DNA from: the human T2T-CHM13v2.0 reference genome, Homo sapiens
NCBI RefSeq assembly: GCF_009914755.1
Contig: NC_060935.1
Strand: one strand, 5' to 3'
Length of the DNA stretch: 64,000 bases
Below are positions 28,228 to 45,759 of the stretch, one piece after another (the stretch's first letter is position 1; each line of letters begins with the position of its first letter). Under the pieces are notes generated by a model that was not told the DNA's origin, made no database searches, and was given only the letters and a program-made list of their open reading frames with translations. The position numbers and the translations under genes were made by a program.

Positions 28228-28585
28228 GTGTTATGGTTTGGCTCTGTCCCCACCCAAATCTCATCTTGAATTGTACTCTCATAATTTCTATGTGTTGTGG
28301 GAGGGATCTGGTGGGAGATAATTGAATCACGGGGGCAGTTTCTTCCATCCGTTCTCCTGGTAGACAGTAAGTCTCATAAGATCTGATGGTTTGATAAGGG
28401 GAGACCCGTTTTGCTTGGCTCTCATTCTGCCTCGTTGCCACCATGTAAGAAGTGCCTTTTGCCTTCTGCCATGATTGTGAGGCCTCCTTAGCCACATGGA
28501 ACTGTAAGTCCATTAAACCCCTTTCTTTTGTAAATTGCCCAGTCTTGGATATGTCTTTATCAGTGGTATGAAAACAACTAATACA
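28228..28585 (+). mobile_element. THE1 solo LTR inserted in an L1MA 3' end (~28205-28866)
   Basis: tgttatggtttggctctgtccccacccaaatctc...actaataca; 5-bp TSD a(c/t)ggg. Confidence 0.9.
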
Positions 28586-28867
28586 ATGGGGATGGTTAAT
28601 GGGTACAAAAAAATTAGAAAGAATGAATAAGACCTACTATTTTATAGCACAATAGGGTGACTATAGTCAATAATAACTTGATTGTATGTTTAAAAATAAC
28701 TAAAATAATGTAATTGGATTGTTTGTAACACAAAGGATAAATGCTTGAAGGGATGGAGACCCCATTCTCCATGATGTGATTATTTCACATCGCATGTCTG
28801 TATCAAAGCATCTCATGTATCCCATAAATATATACACCTACTGTATACCCACAAAAATTAAAAATAA

Positions 28868-29280
28868 GGTAGGGTGCGGTGGCTCATGCCTGTAATTCCA
28901 GCACTTTGGGAGACCAAGGCAGGTGGATTGCTTTAGCTCAGGAGTTTGAGACGAGCCTGGGCATCCTAGTGAAACCCCATCTCTATCACAAGAAATACAA
29001 AAAATTAGCCAGGCATGGTGATGCACGTTTGTGGTTTCAGCTATTCGCGAGGCTGAGGTAGGAGGACTGCTTGAACCTGGGAGGCAGAGGTGGCAGTGAG
29101 CTGTGATCACACCTCTACCCTCCAGCCTGAGCAACAGAATGAGACCCTGTCTCAAAAACAAAATAAAACAAAAAACAAACAAAACAACAACAATAAAAAA
29201 AAACCACACACACACACACCCCCCAAAAAAAAACAAAACAAAACCCCAAAAAGCAAAAACACGAAAAACAAAAAAGACCC
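28868..29280 (+). mobile_element. AluJ with expanded A/C-rich tail
   Basis: Diverged sense Alu; tail ~29154-29280. Confidence 0.9.
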
Positions 29281-29596
29281 ACATAAATTAGTTAAAAAAC
29301 CCCTAAACACCTCAAAACTAATGTTTATGTTCCCAAATCATCAATGAAACTGACATAAATGTCTCTGTAGGATTTTGAGTTGATGGCTTGATCCCCTTTT
29401 CCCTTTGTTTTCCTAGAAGAAGGGCCTAGAGAAGTTAATAACATTTCTGGAGTAAACACAAGAGTATGCTAGCATTGAACCCTAGGTTTCCCCAGTTTTC
29501 TGTCCTAGATGTGCCCGGGTTCCTGACAAGGAGAGCAGATTTTACGAGGGACCTGCCACTGTGTGTCAGTGCTCAGCTTCTCCACTCAGTTGACTT

Positions 29597-30690
29597 TATA
29601 TTAGTTTCTTAGGGCTGCTGTAACATGGTCCACCAAACTGCGTGATTTAAAAACAACAGAAATTTATTGTCTCACAGTTCTGGAGGCTGGAAGTTCAAAA
29701 TTAAGGTGTTAGCAGGGTGAGTTTTTTTTTTCCTGTTAAAGAATGCTTTATTAGTACAAATACACACAAACCCTAAAGCATGAAGAAATTTAAATATTTA
29801 TGTCATAGTAAACAGGTGGCAATTCAACATCCAGGGTCAACAGAAGGGTTGAAGGACACTGCAACAGATTGGGTTCCCATGGCGGAGAGGGCATCTTCAC
29901 AGGCGAAGGCGGGCCCAGCTGAAACAGCTTTTCAAGCTCTCTCTCCTTATCAAGGATCATAAGAGGCACTCCACTCAAGGGGAGGCCTGCAATCTGGTGC
30001 ACTTCAGGTTGGTTAAAACTCTCAAAATCTAGAAGATTGAAGTGAAATAATTTTTCTATTTCTGGGTAGGCATTATCTGAGGAAGGAACAGAGCTTTTTG
30101 CTTTAACAGTCTTCCTGGTCATCTTTTCGGCAGAGAAATTTGGGTGTTTTAGTTTGAGGAGTCCGTTGATCTTTACTCACGTTTCTGTAGCCCTGTTGAC
30201 AGTTCCAAAAGACTTTCTGGTAGCTTTAGGTAAGGCTGGTAAAGCATTGGACATTTTGCCAACACGTGGTGCTGAAACTTGAGATCTCCCCTCTAAGGCT
30301 TTGATTGAAGGTCCAGATCCCAGCTTCAGCCTATCTTTAGGAGCTGCATGGATACCTGGTTCTCCATTCTCCTTATCAACATAGATCAGAGCAGGGTGGG
30401 TTCCTTCTGGGGGAGAATCTGATCCATGCCTCTCTCTTTGCTTCTAGTAGCCCCAGGCATTCCTTGGCTTGTGGATGCGTCTCTGCAGTGTTCCATCTCC
30501 ATATGGTGTTCTTCCTGTGTGTCTGTGTCTTCTTGTATGGACACCAGTCATATTGGGTTAGGGGCCCACTCTGCTCCAGTAGGACCTTATCCTGACTAAT
30601 CACATCTCTAACAAGCCTATTTCCAAACATGGTCACATTCTGAGGACTTCACTATATCTTTTTTGGGGCCACAATTCAACCCATGACATA
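29597..30690 (-). mobile_element. MLT1-type LTR split by securin retrocopy
   Basis: tattagtttcttagggctgctgtaaca...cacaattcaacccatgaca. Confidence 0.8.
29722..30389 (-). pseudogene. Securin (PTTG1-derived) processed pseudogene
   Basis: Intronless [12 protein letters not shown]...[14 protein letters not shown]; start codon lost; TGA at 30177-30179; AATAAA, poly-A remnant and TSD agcagggtg(a/g)gtt (29711-29723/30390-30402). Confidence 0.95.
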
Positions 30691-31225
30691 CCCCTGAATG
30701 ATGAAAAGAGTAGAATTTGAGACATTACATTTCTAAGTAGTTGGAAAAACTACTTTTGTTTATCTAATAAAGGAGGTATTTGAAGTTGCCCCTTCAGCTT
30801 TAATGTTTTTAAAAACTTTTGACTCTAGGGCTTGCCTGATGGGTTAAAGGCTGTCCCAATTTTAGCCGCAGGTCAGTTGTTTCACCTGCACCCTTCTTTG
30901 CCCTCAGGTATGGATTAAGAACCTGGAGGCTGGAGGGGTTTTTCCTTTAGCAAGTGTTCCTCTGACAAAATACTGAGCTGTTGACTGGGGCTGGGAAGAG
31001 GGGATATCCTTATCCCCTGTAGAGGGTTTATTCCAAGGTGTCTCTAAAGCCTCTTGGGCTTTATCTCTATGTTAAAACTCTCTTTTGGGCTTTTGGGATG
31101 TGGACTGACAGACCCTGCATGCCTGGAGGATGCTGGGCCACTGGGAGCTGGCTTATCTTACTCTGTTCCAGGCTAGGGACCGAATAAGCTCAATGAGCTG
31201 TTTGCACAGCTGCAATGTTTCCTAG

Positions 31226-31628
<403 letters not shown>

Positions 31629-31742
31629 AATTGGGATTTTTTTTAAGCAAAAAAAGAGGATATTTTGAGAATGATGGAACTCCTGGTCTGAAATGAGAAC
31701 TATATATAACTCCTGGATTTTTTCCTTTCCCTCAACTCCCCG

Positions 31743-32104
31743 GCAATGGATTGAATGTTTGCGTCCCCCACAAATTCTTATGTTGAAATCCTAACTCTCA
31801 ATAGGACAGTATTAGAAGGTGGGGCTTTTGGAAGGTAATTAGATCTTAAGAGTAGAGACTTTAAGAATAGGATTCGTGCCCTTGCATGAGAGCCACAAAT
31901 AGCTCTCCAGCCTTCTGTCTGCCATGTGAGGAGACAATGAGAAGACAATAGTCTTCAACCTGGAAAAAGGCTCATACCAGAGCCTGACCAAGCTGGCACC
32001 TATCTCAGATTTCCAGCTTCCAGAACTGTAAGAAATCCATTTCTGACTTTTATAGGCCACCCGTATATTGTATTTTTATGGTAGCAGCCTGAACAGACTA
32101 AGGC
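31743..32104 (+). mobile_element. MLT1A-like solo LTR
   Basis: tgaatgtttgcgtccccc...gcagcctgaacagactaag. Confidence 0.8.
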
Positions 32105-32395
32105 CTGTTGGCTTTACTTTCACAATGGAAACCAGTCTTTTCACTCCTCATTCTCTGCTGCTTCCTTTCTAATTCAAGCTACCATCACCGCTCCTCCGGA
32201 CCCGTACAGTCATCTTCCAGCTGGTCTCCCTCCTCCATCCCTGTCTTGTACAATCCATCTTCCACCTAGAAGCCAGAATGGTGTTTTAGAAACCTGAATC
32301 CAAGCATGTTATCTCTATGTTAAAACTCCCTAATGCATTTAAAAATCTCCACAATCTGGCCCGCGTTTACCTTTATCTGACACCACTCGTGTTGA

Positions 32396-32691
32396 TTTTT
32401 TTTCTTTTTTGAGATAGAGTCTCACTTTATCACTCAGGCTGGAATGCAGTGGCTCGATCTCGGCCACTACAGCCTCCACCTCCTGGGTTCAAGTGATTCT
32501 CCTGCCTCAGCCTCTTGCTGTAGCCGTGATTACAGTGCATGCCACCAAGCCTGGCTAATTTTTGTATTTTTAATAGAGACGGGGTTTTGCCATGTTGGCC
32601 AGGCTGGCCTTGAGTTCCTGGCTTCAAGTGATCTGCCCGCCTCTGCCTGCCAAAGTGCTGGGATTACAGGTGTGAGCCACCGCGCCCAACC
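32396..32691 (-). mobile_element. AluS
   Basis: Antisense Alu; TSD tcgtgttgatt. Confidence 0.95.
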
Positions 32692-33131
32692 TCGTGTTGA
32701 TTCATTTCTTGTTATTGTCTTTTCCTTTGCCCACACTTACCCTCCTCTCCCCTTAGAATGTACACCTTTGAGAGAAGGGACCTTGTTTGTCCCAATCATA
32801 GAGACAGAGCTGTGCCTGGCACTTGGTGGATGCTCAATCAATATGTTTACAATGCAAATGGCAGAGAAGAAATTTAGGCAAGCAACCGTGGGTTTTCTGT
32901 ATTCAGTTCTGATACCGACTTTCAGTTCTTTTCACCAAAGAATTGGCAAGAGTCCTGAGCCAGGTGCTGGAGGGGATGATTGGGACTTCTCTTCCAGGCT
33001 CTGCAGATACCCTTTTGCATGTCCCAATATTGTTCTTTTCACACACCGATCCATGCCTTGGTGGCTCTTTTCACATACAGCTTTCATTCTTGCCAATGTA
33101 GTTATGCAACGATTGTGTCAAGTACTGGAAC

Positions 33132-33150
33132 ATTCCACTAGAGGGCAGTA
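33132..33150 (+). promoter_or_regulatory. Candidate CTCF site
   Basis: attCCACTAGAGGGCAGta fits the CTCF core consensus. Confidence 0.65.
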
Positions 33151-33604
33151 GAATATAGTGTTCAGAGTTAGGGATCTGAAGCCATTGACTGCCTTGCCAT
33201 CTATTCCCTTCCAGGAATCATTTTGGAGAGAGGGCAGCGATCATTTTGAACCATGATGATATGAGGGCAACCACCTAGGGATGGTAGAAGAGCAAGCTGG
33301 ATCAAATGGCCATATAACACATAAATCACTATGGTTAAGAACTTAGTACCCCCTGCCATTCCTTCCTGCCCCCTACAGGTAGGCTGCCTGGGTTAAAATA
33401 GGAGGGGGAGGGAGGAGATGTACATTACTGCTGCTCACATCCCATTGTCCGGAAAATACTGCTTGCTGAGGTGTCATATGGCTACACTTTCCTATAAGAA
33501 AGACTGTGAAATGTTGCATTTTTTCTTGGTGGCCAAAAATCTATTATGGAAGAATGGGAAAATGAATATTGGAAGTTAACTGGCAATTTCTGCCACAAAT
33601 TCTT

Positions 33605-39720
<6,116 letters not shown>

Positions 39721-39767
39721 TCTGCCACAAATTCTTAAACCAGCTGAGGTTAAATAATCTCAGTTAA

Positions 39768-40033
39768 GGCCGGGCGTGGTGGCTCACGCCTGTAATCCCA
39801 GCACTTTGGGAGGCCGAGGTGGGGGATCACGAGGTCAGGAGTTCGAGACCAGCCTGGCCAATATGGTGAAACCCTGTCTCTACTAAAAATACAAAAATAT
39901 GGTGGGTGCCTGTAATCCCAGCTACTCGGGAGACCGAGTCAGGAGAATCGCTTGAAACTAGAAGGCAGAGGTTGCAGTGAGCCAAGATTGTACCAGACTG
40001 GGCAACAAGAGCAAAACTCTGTCTTAAAAAAAC
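39768..40033 (+). mobile_element. AluS with small internal deletions
   Basis: ggccgggcgtggtggctcacgcc... Confidence 0.95.
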
Positions 40034-40659
40034 AAATCTGAGCTAAATAATCTGGGCTTTTGTCAGGGCAGGGGATTTCCAAGGTGATTCAGACCCAAGC
40101 CACTGGTCATCAGGCTTTGCTTCCTTCTTTGTAGTTAAACTTAACTTGTTATGTCAACTAGATTTTTGGATTTTATAGCCTGGAACCTCCCCCAGGGATG
40201 CACTTTTAGAATCCCCTATAGTGGTGTCCTATCATTATGATTATGCATAACTGATATGTTAGTATTATTAAAAACTTTTGTTTGCCTTATTAGCATCTTT
40301 TTATATTTAGTAGTGCCATGTGGAAGTTTCATCTCCTAGGAGATGCGTGATGAAGTTTGGGGAGTTAGTTCTGTTCTTTTTTTTATATAACTGATGAATC
40401 ACTTTGCAATACACTGTTGACACCTACCACTTGCACTTGGCCATTTTGTTTGACCATCTATGCTGATTCACTGTTGAATAAATTACTTGATTTACAATTG
40501 ATGCTGGTTAGTCCCTCCTGTTCTTCATATGCCTCCTACTCTTTCCAGGCTATTTGGCTTATACCCTTCTTTACATACACAAATGGAATTCAGTGCATAT
40601 TAATTACTTATAGACAGACATATATTTACTAGAAGAAACAAAAAGTCCAGGTATATAAA

Positions 40660-43600
40660 TATTCTTCTACTTAAGAAAATAATAACCAAAATCCGAGTGG
40701 AATTGGATGGAATGGAGATGAGAAAAACCATATGTAAGATAATTGAAACCAAAAGCTGGTTGTTTGAAAAAATAAGATTGATAGACTAGCCAGACTAATA
40801 AAAAAGAGAGAAGATCCCTAAAAACAGAATCATAAATGACAAAGGGAGCATTACCACTGGCCCCACAGAAATACAAAAACCCTCAGAGACTATTATAAAT
40901 ACCTCAATGCATACAATTAGAAAACCTAGAAGAAATGGATAAATTCCTGAAAACATACAACCACTCTAAATTGAACCCGGAAGAAAAGAAAACCTTGAGC
41001 AGACCAATAACAAGTTCTGAAATAGAATCAATAACAAAAGAAACCTACCAAGAAGACAAAAGCGCTGGACCAGACGAATTCACAGCCGAATTCTACCAGA
41101 TGTATAAAGAAGAGCCGGTACCATTCCTACTGAAACTATTCCTAAAAATCAAGGAGAAGGGACTTGTCTTTAACTCATTCTATGAGGCCAGCATCATTCT
41201 GATACCAAAATCTGGCAGAGACACAATGGAAAAAAAACTTCAGGCCAATATCTCTGATGGACATAGATGCAAAAATTATCAGCAAAACACTAACAAACCA
41301 AATCCAGCAACACATCAAAAAGCTAATCCACCATGATTAAGTAGACTTTATTCCTGGAATGCAAGGTTGCTTCAACATATGCAAATCAATAAATGTGACT
41401 CATCATATAAACAGAACTAAAAACAAAAACCACGTGATTATCTCAATAGATGCAGAAGAGGCCTTTGATATAATTCAACATCACTTTATATTAAAAATCC
41501 TCAACAAACTAAGCATCAAACGAACATACCTCAAAATAATAAAAGCCACCACTGAAAAGCCCACAGCCAGTATCATACAGAATGGGCAAAAGCTGGAAGC
41601 ATTCCTCTTGAGAACCAGAATAAGACAAGGATGCCCATTCTCACCACTCCTATTAAACAGAGTAGAGAAGTCTTGGCCAGGGCAATCAGGCAAGAGAAAA
41701 TTGGGCATCCACACAGGAAGAGAAGTCAAATGACCTTTCTTCACAGATGATATGATTATATACCTAGAAGCCTCCATAGTCTCTGCCCAAAGGCTCCTAG
41801 ATCTGATAAACAACTTCAGCAAAAATCAATGAATGAAAATCAGTAGCATTTCTGTTTTTTTTTTTTTTTTTTGAGACGGAGTCTTGCTCTGTCACCCAGG
41901 CTGCTGGAGTGCAGTGGCACAATCTCTGCTCACTGCAACCTCTGCCTCCAGGATTCTAAGCAATTCTCCTGCCTCAGCCTCCTGAGTAGCTGGGACTACA
42001 GGTGCATCCCACCATGCCTGACTAATTTTTTGTATTTTTAGTAGAGACAGAGTTTCACCGTGTTGGCCAGGATGGTTTTGATCTCCTGACCTCGTGAACC
42101 ACATGCCTCGGCCTCCCAAAGTGGTGGGATTACAGGAATGAGCCACCGTGCCAGGCCTGAAGATCAGTAGCATTTCTATATACCAATAACAGCCAAACTG
42201 AGAGCCAAATCAAGAACACAATCTCATTTATAGTAGCCATAAAAAGAATAAAATACCTAGGAATACAGCTAACCAGGGAGGTGGAAGATCTCTACAACCA
42301 GAATTACAAAATGCTGCTCAAAGAAATCAGAGATGACACAAACAAAAATGGGAAAACTATTCCATGCTTATGGCTAGGAAGAATAAATATTGTTAAAATG
42401 GCCATCCTGTTCAAAGCAATTTATAGACCCAATGATAGTACTATCAAATTACCAAAGACTTTTTTTTCACAGAATTAGAACAAATTGTTCTAAAATGCAT
42501 TTGGAATTAAAAAAGAGCTTGAATAGCCAAAGCAATCCTAAGCAAAAAGAACAAAGCTGAAGGCATCACACTACTCAACTTCAAGTTATACTACAAGGCT
42601 ACAGTAACCAAAAACATAGTACTGGTACAAAAACAGATACAAAGGCCCAGTGGAACAGGGCAAGAACCCAGAAATAAAGCTATATACGTACAACCACCTG
42701 ATCTTTGACAAGGTCAACAAAAACAAGCAAAGGGGAAAGGGCTCCCTGTTCAATAAATGGTGCTGGGATAACTGGCTAGCCATATGCAGAAGATTGAAAC
42801 TGGACCCCTACCTTTCATCATATACAAAAATCAACTCAGGTTGGATTAAAACTTAAGCGTAAAACCTAAAACTATAAAAACTGTAGAAGAGAACCTAGGA
42901 AATACAATTTTGGACATTGGCTCTGGCAAAGACTTCATAATGAAGACTCCAAAAGCAATTGCCACAAAACCAAAAATTGACAAGAGGGATCTAATTAAAC
43001 GAAAGAACTTCTGCACAGAAGACATTATCAAGAGAGCAAATAGACAACCTACAGAATGGGAGAAAATGTTTATAAACCATACATCTGACAGAGGCCTAAC
43101 ATCCAGAATCTATAAGGAACTTAAGCAAATCAACAAGCAAAAAACAAACAACCCCCCATTTATAAATGGGCAAAGGACATGAATAGATACTTCTCAAAAG
43201 AAGACATATAGATGGCCAACAAGCATATGAAAAAATGCTCAATATCACTAATCATCAGGGAGATGTAAATCAAAACCATGATGGGATGCCATTTCACACC
43301 AGTCAGAATGGTTATTATTAAAAAATAATAACAGATGTTATTATTAACACCTGTTAACAGAAAATAACAGATGTTGGCGAGGTTGTAGAGAAAAGGGAAA
43401 ACGTATACGTGGTGGAAATATAAATTAGTTCAGCCACTGTAGAAAGCAGTCTGGAGATTTCTCAAAGAACTTAAAAGATGCTACCATTTGACCCTGCAAT
43501 CCCATTACTGGATATATACCCAAAGGAATATAAATCTTTCTATCATAAAGACACATGCAAGTGCATGTTTATCACAGCACTGTTCACAGTAGCAAAGACA

Positions 43601-44010
43601 TGGAATCAACCTAGATGCCCATCAGTGGTGGACTGGATAAAGAAAATGTGGTACATATATACCATGGAATACTATGCAGCCATAAAAAAGAACGAAATCA
43701 TGTTTTTGTAGCAACATGGTTGGACCTGAAGGCCATTGTCCTAAGCAAATTAACACAGGAATGGAAAACCAAATACTGCATATTCTCACTTATAAGTGGG
43801 AGCTACACATTGAGTACATATGGACACAAAGAAGGGAATAATAGATTCTGGGGCCTACTTGAAGGTGGAGAGTGGGAGGAAGGTGAGGATTAAAAAACTA
43901 TGGGGTATTATGCTGATTACCTGGGTGACAAAATTATCTGTACACCAAACCCCTGCAACATGCAGTTTACTCGTGTAACAAACCTGCACATATACTCCTT
44001 GAACTTAAAA
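40660..44010 (+). mobile_element. 5'-truncated older L1P
   Basis: ORF2 fragments MDKFLKTYN..., [10 protein letters not shown]...; 3' UTR to gaacttaaaa. Confidence 0.9.
41855..42157 (-). mobile_element. AluS inserted in L1
   Basis: TSD tgaa(a/g)atcagtagcatttct (41834-41853/42158-42177). Confidence 0.95.
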
Positions 44011-44012
44011 AT

Positions 44013-45490
44013 TCAGTTCTCACTGACACCTGTCACCATGACTCTATGTCAGATACACTGCCCGGACTCACCATGTGTGAATGCATCTCAGTCCACATAT
44101 GGCAGGCAGGTGTCCAGATGGGCAATGCCTGCTGGGAGCTCTACTGCCTGAAACATTAGACTCAGCTTGATGGACAGATGCCCAGTGACAAGGTCATTGG
44201 TGGAGAGGATGACTTCTTCACCACCTTCTTGTGTGAAACCGGTGCTGGAAAACAGGTGCCCCAGCCAGATTTTGTGGATCTGGAGCCTGTGGTCATTGAT
44301 GAGATCTGATGTCCCAAACTGACAGCTCTTCCACCCAGAGCAACTCATTACTGGGAAAGAGGATGCTGCCAACAACTATGCCTGTAGTCACTATACCATT
44401 GGCCAGGGGATCACTGACCTGGGGATAGACCAGATCTGCAAGCTTCTGACCACTGCACAGAACCTCAGGACTTCCTGGTGTTCCACAGCTTTGTTGGGGG
44501 CACTGGCTCTGACTTCACCTCACTCCGCATGGAGTGGCTTTCTGTTGACTACGGCAAGAAATCCAAGCTGGAATTCTTTATCTACTCAGCCCCCACAGCT
44601 GTCTATAATTGTGGTCCAGCTCTAAAATTTCATCCTGATCACTCACACTACCCTGGAGCACTCAGACTGTGCCTTCATGGTGGACAATGAAGCCATCTAT
44701 GACATTTGCCGCTGCAACCTGGACATCGAGCATCCAACCTCAGCCAACCTCAACTGCCACATTACCAAATCATCTCCTCTATCACATCTTCTCTGCACTT
44801 TGATGGGCCCCTCAATGTGGACCTGATGAAGTTCCAGACCAACCTCACACCTTACCCTCACATCCACTTCCCCCGGCCACCTACTCACTCATCATCTCTG
44901 TAGAGAAGGTATACCATGAACAGCTGTCGGTGGCCAAGATCCTCAAAGCCTGCTTTGAGCTTACCAACCAGATGGAGAAGTGTGACCCCCGGCATAGCAA
45001 GTACATGGGCTGCTGCCTGCTGTACCGTGGAGATGTGATGTTCAAGGATGTTTATACTGCCATTGCCACCATCAAGACCAAGTGTAGCATTCAGTTTGTG
45101 GACTGGTTCCCCATGGGCTTCAAGGTTGGTATCAACTACCAGTAGCCCACTGTGGTGCCTGGTGGTGACCTGGCCAAGGTGCAGCATGCCATGTGCATGC
45201 TGAGCAACATGATCACTATCGCTGAGGCCTGGGCCTGCCCGGGCCACAAGTTCAACCTGATGTATGCCAAGAGGGCGTTTGTGCACTGGGATGTGGGCAA
45301 AGGCATGGAGGAGGGAGAGTTCTCTGAGGCCCTGGAGGATATGGGTGTGCTGGAGAAGGATTATGAGAAAGTAAGCATCAACTTATATGAGGACAAGGAT
45401 AAGGGAGACTAGAACAACTGCCTGGAGCCTATTTACTATGTTTATTGCAAAACTTTAGGAATAAGCAGTCTCCTTTCATGATTAAGAAAA
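44013..45490 (+). pseudogene. TUBAP7: Alpha-tubulin processed pseudogene, TUBA4A-derived (CDS remnant 44073-45412); probably the annotated TUBAP7
   Basis: Intronless MCECISVH...; C-terminus [19 protein letters not shown] resembles TUBA4A [20 protein letters not shown]; multiple stops and frameshifts. The symbol is from positional recall and is less certain than the call. Confidence 0.9.
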
Positions 45491-45759
45491 TAAAATAAAA
45501 GTTCAAAGAAAAAAATCTTCTGCTTGTTTTAAATCAACAAAAAGTAATCATTCACCTTTAATTTTGGTATTTGTAACTCCCCTTTTTGCATACTTTGTAT
45601 TAACTTTTCTCTTTTGAATGTTATTATGAATTATTGGAATTTCACATACTCAACTATTTCAATTAACCATTCTTCCCCTTTATTCTTTCCATCCCTTCCC
45701 TCTTTATGCTTCTCCTTGAAATGAAGTCCTTTCTTTTTTAATTTACTCATTTTAATTAA

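Noticed and set aside
28838-29347. Phe/Val-rich and Lys/Asn-rich ORFs
   Set aside because: Translations of the expanded Alu tail.
32444-33151. 235-aa ORF
   Set aside because: Starts in an antisense Alu; remainder has no recognisable domain.
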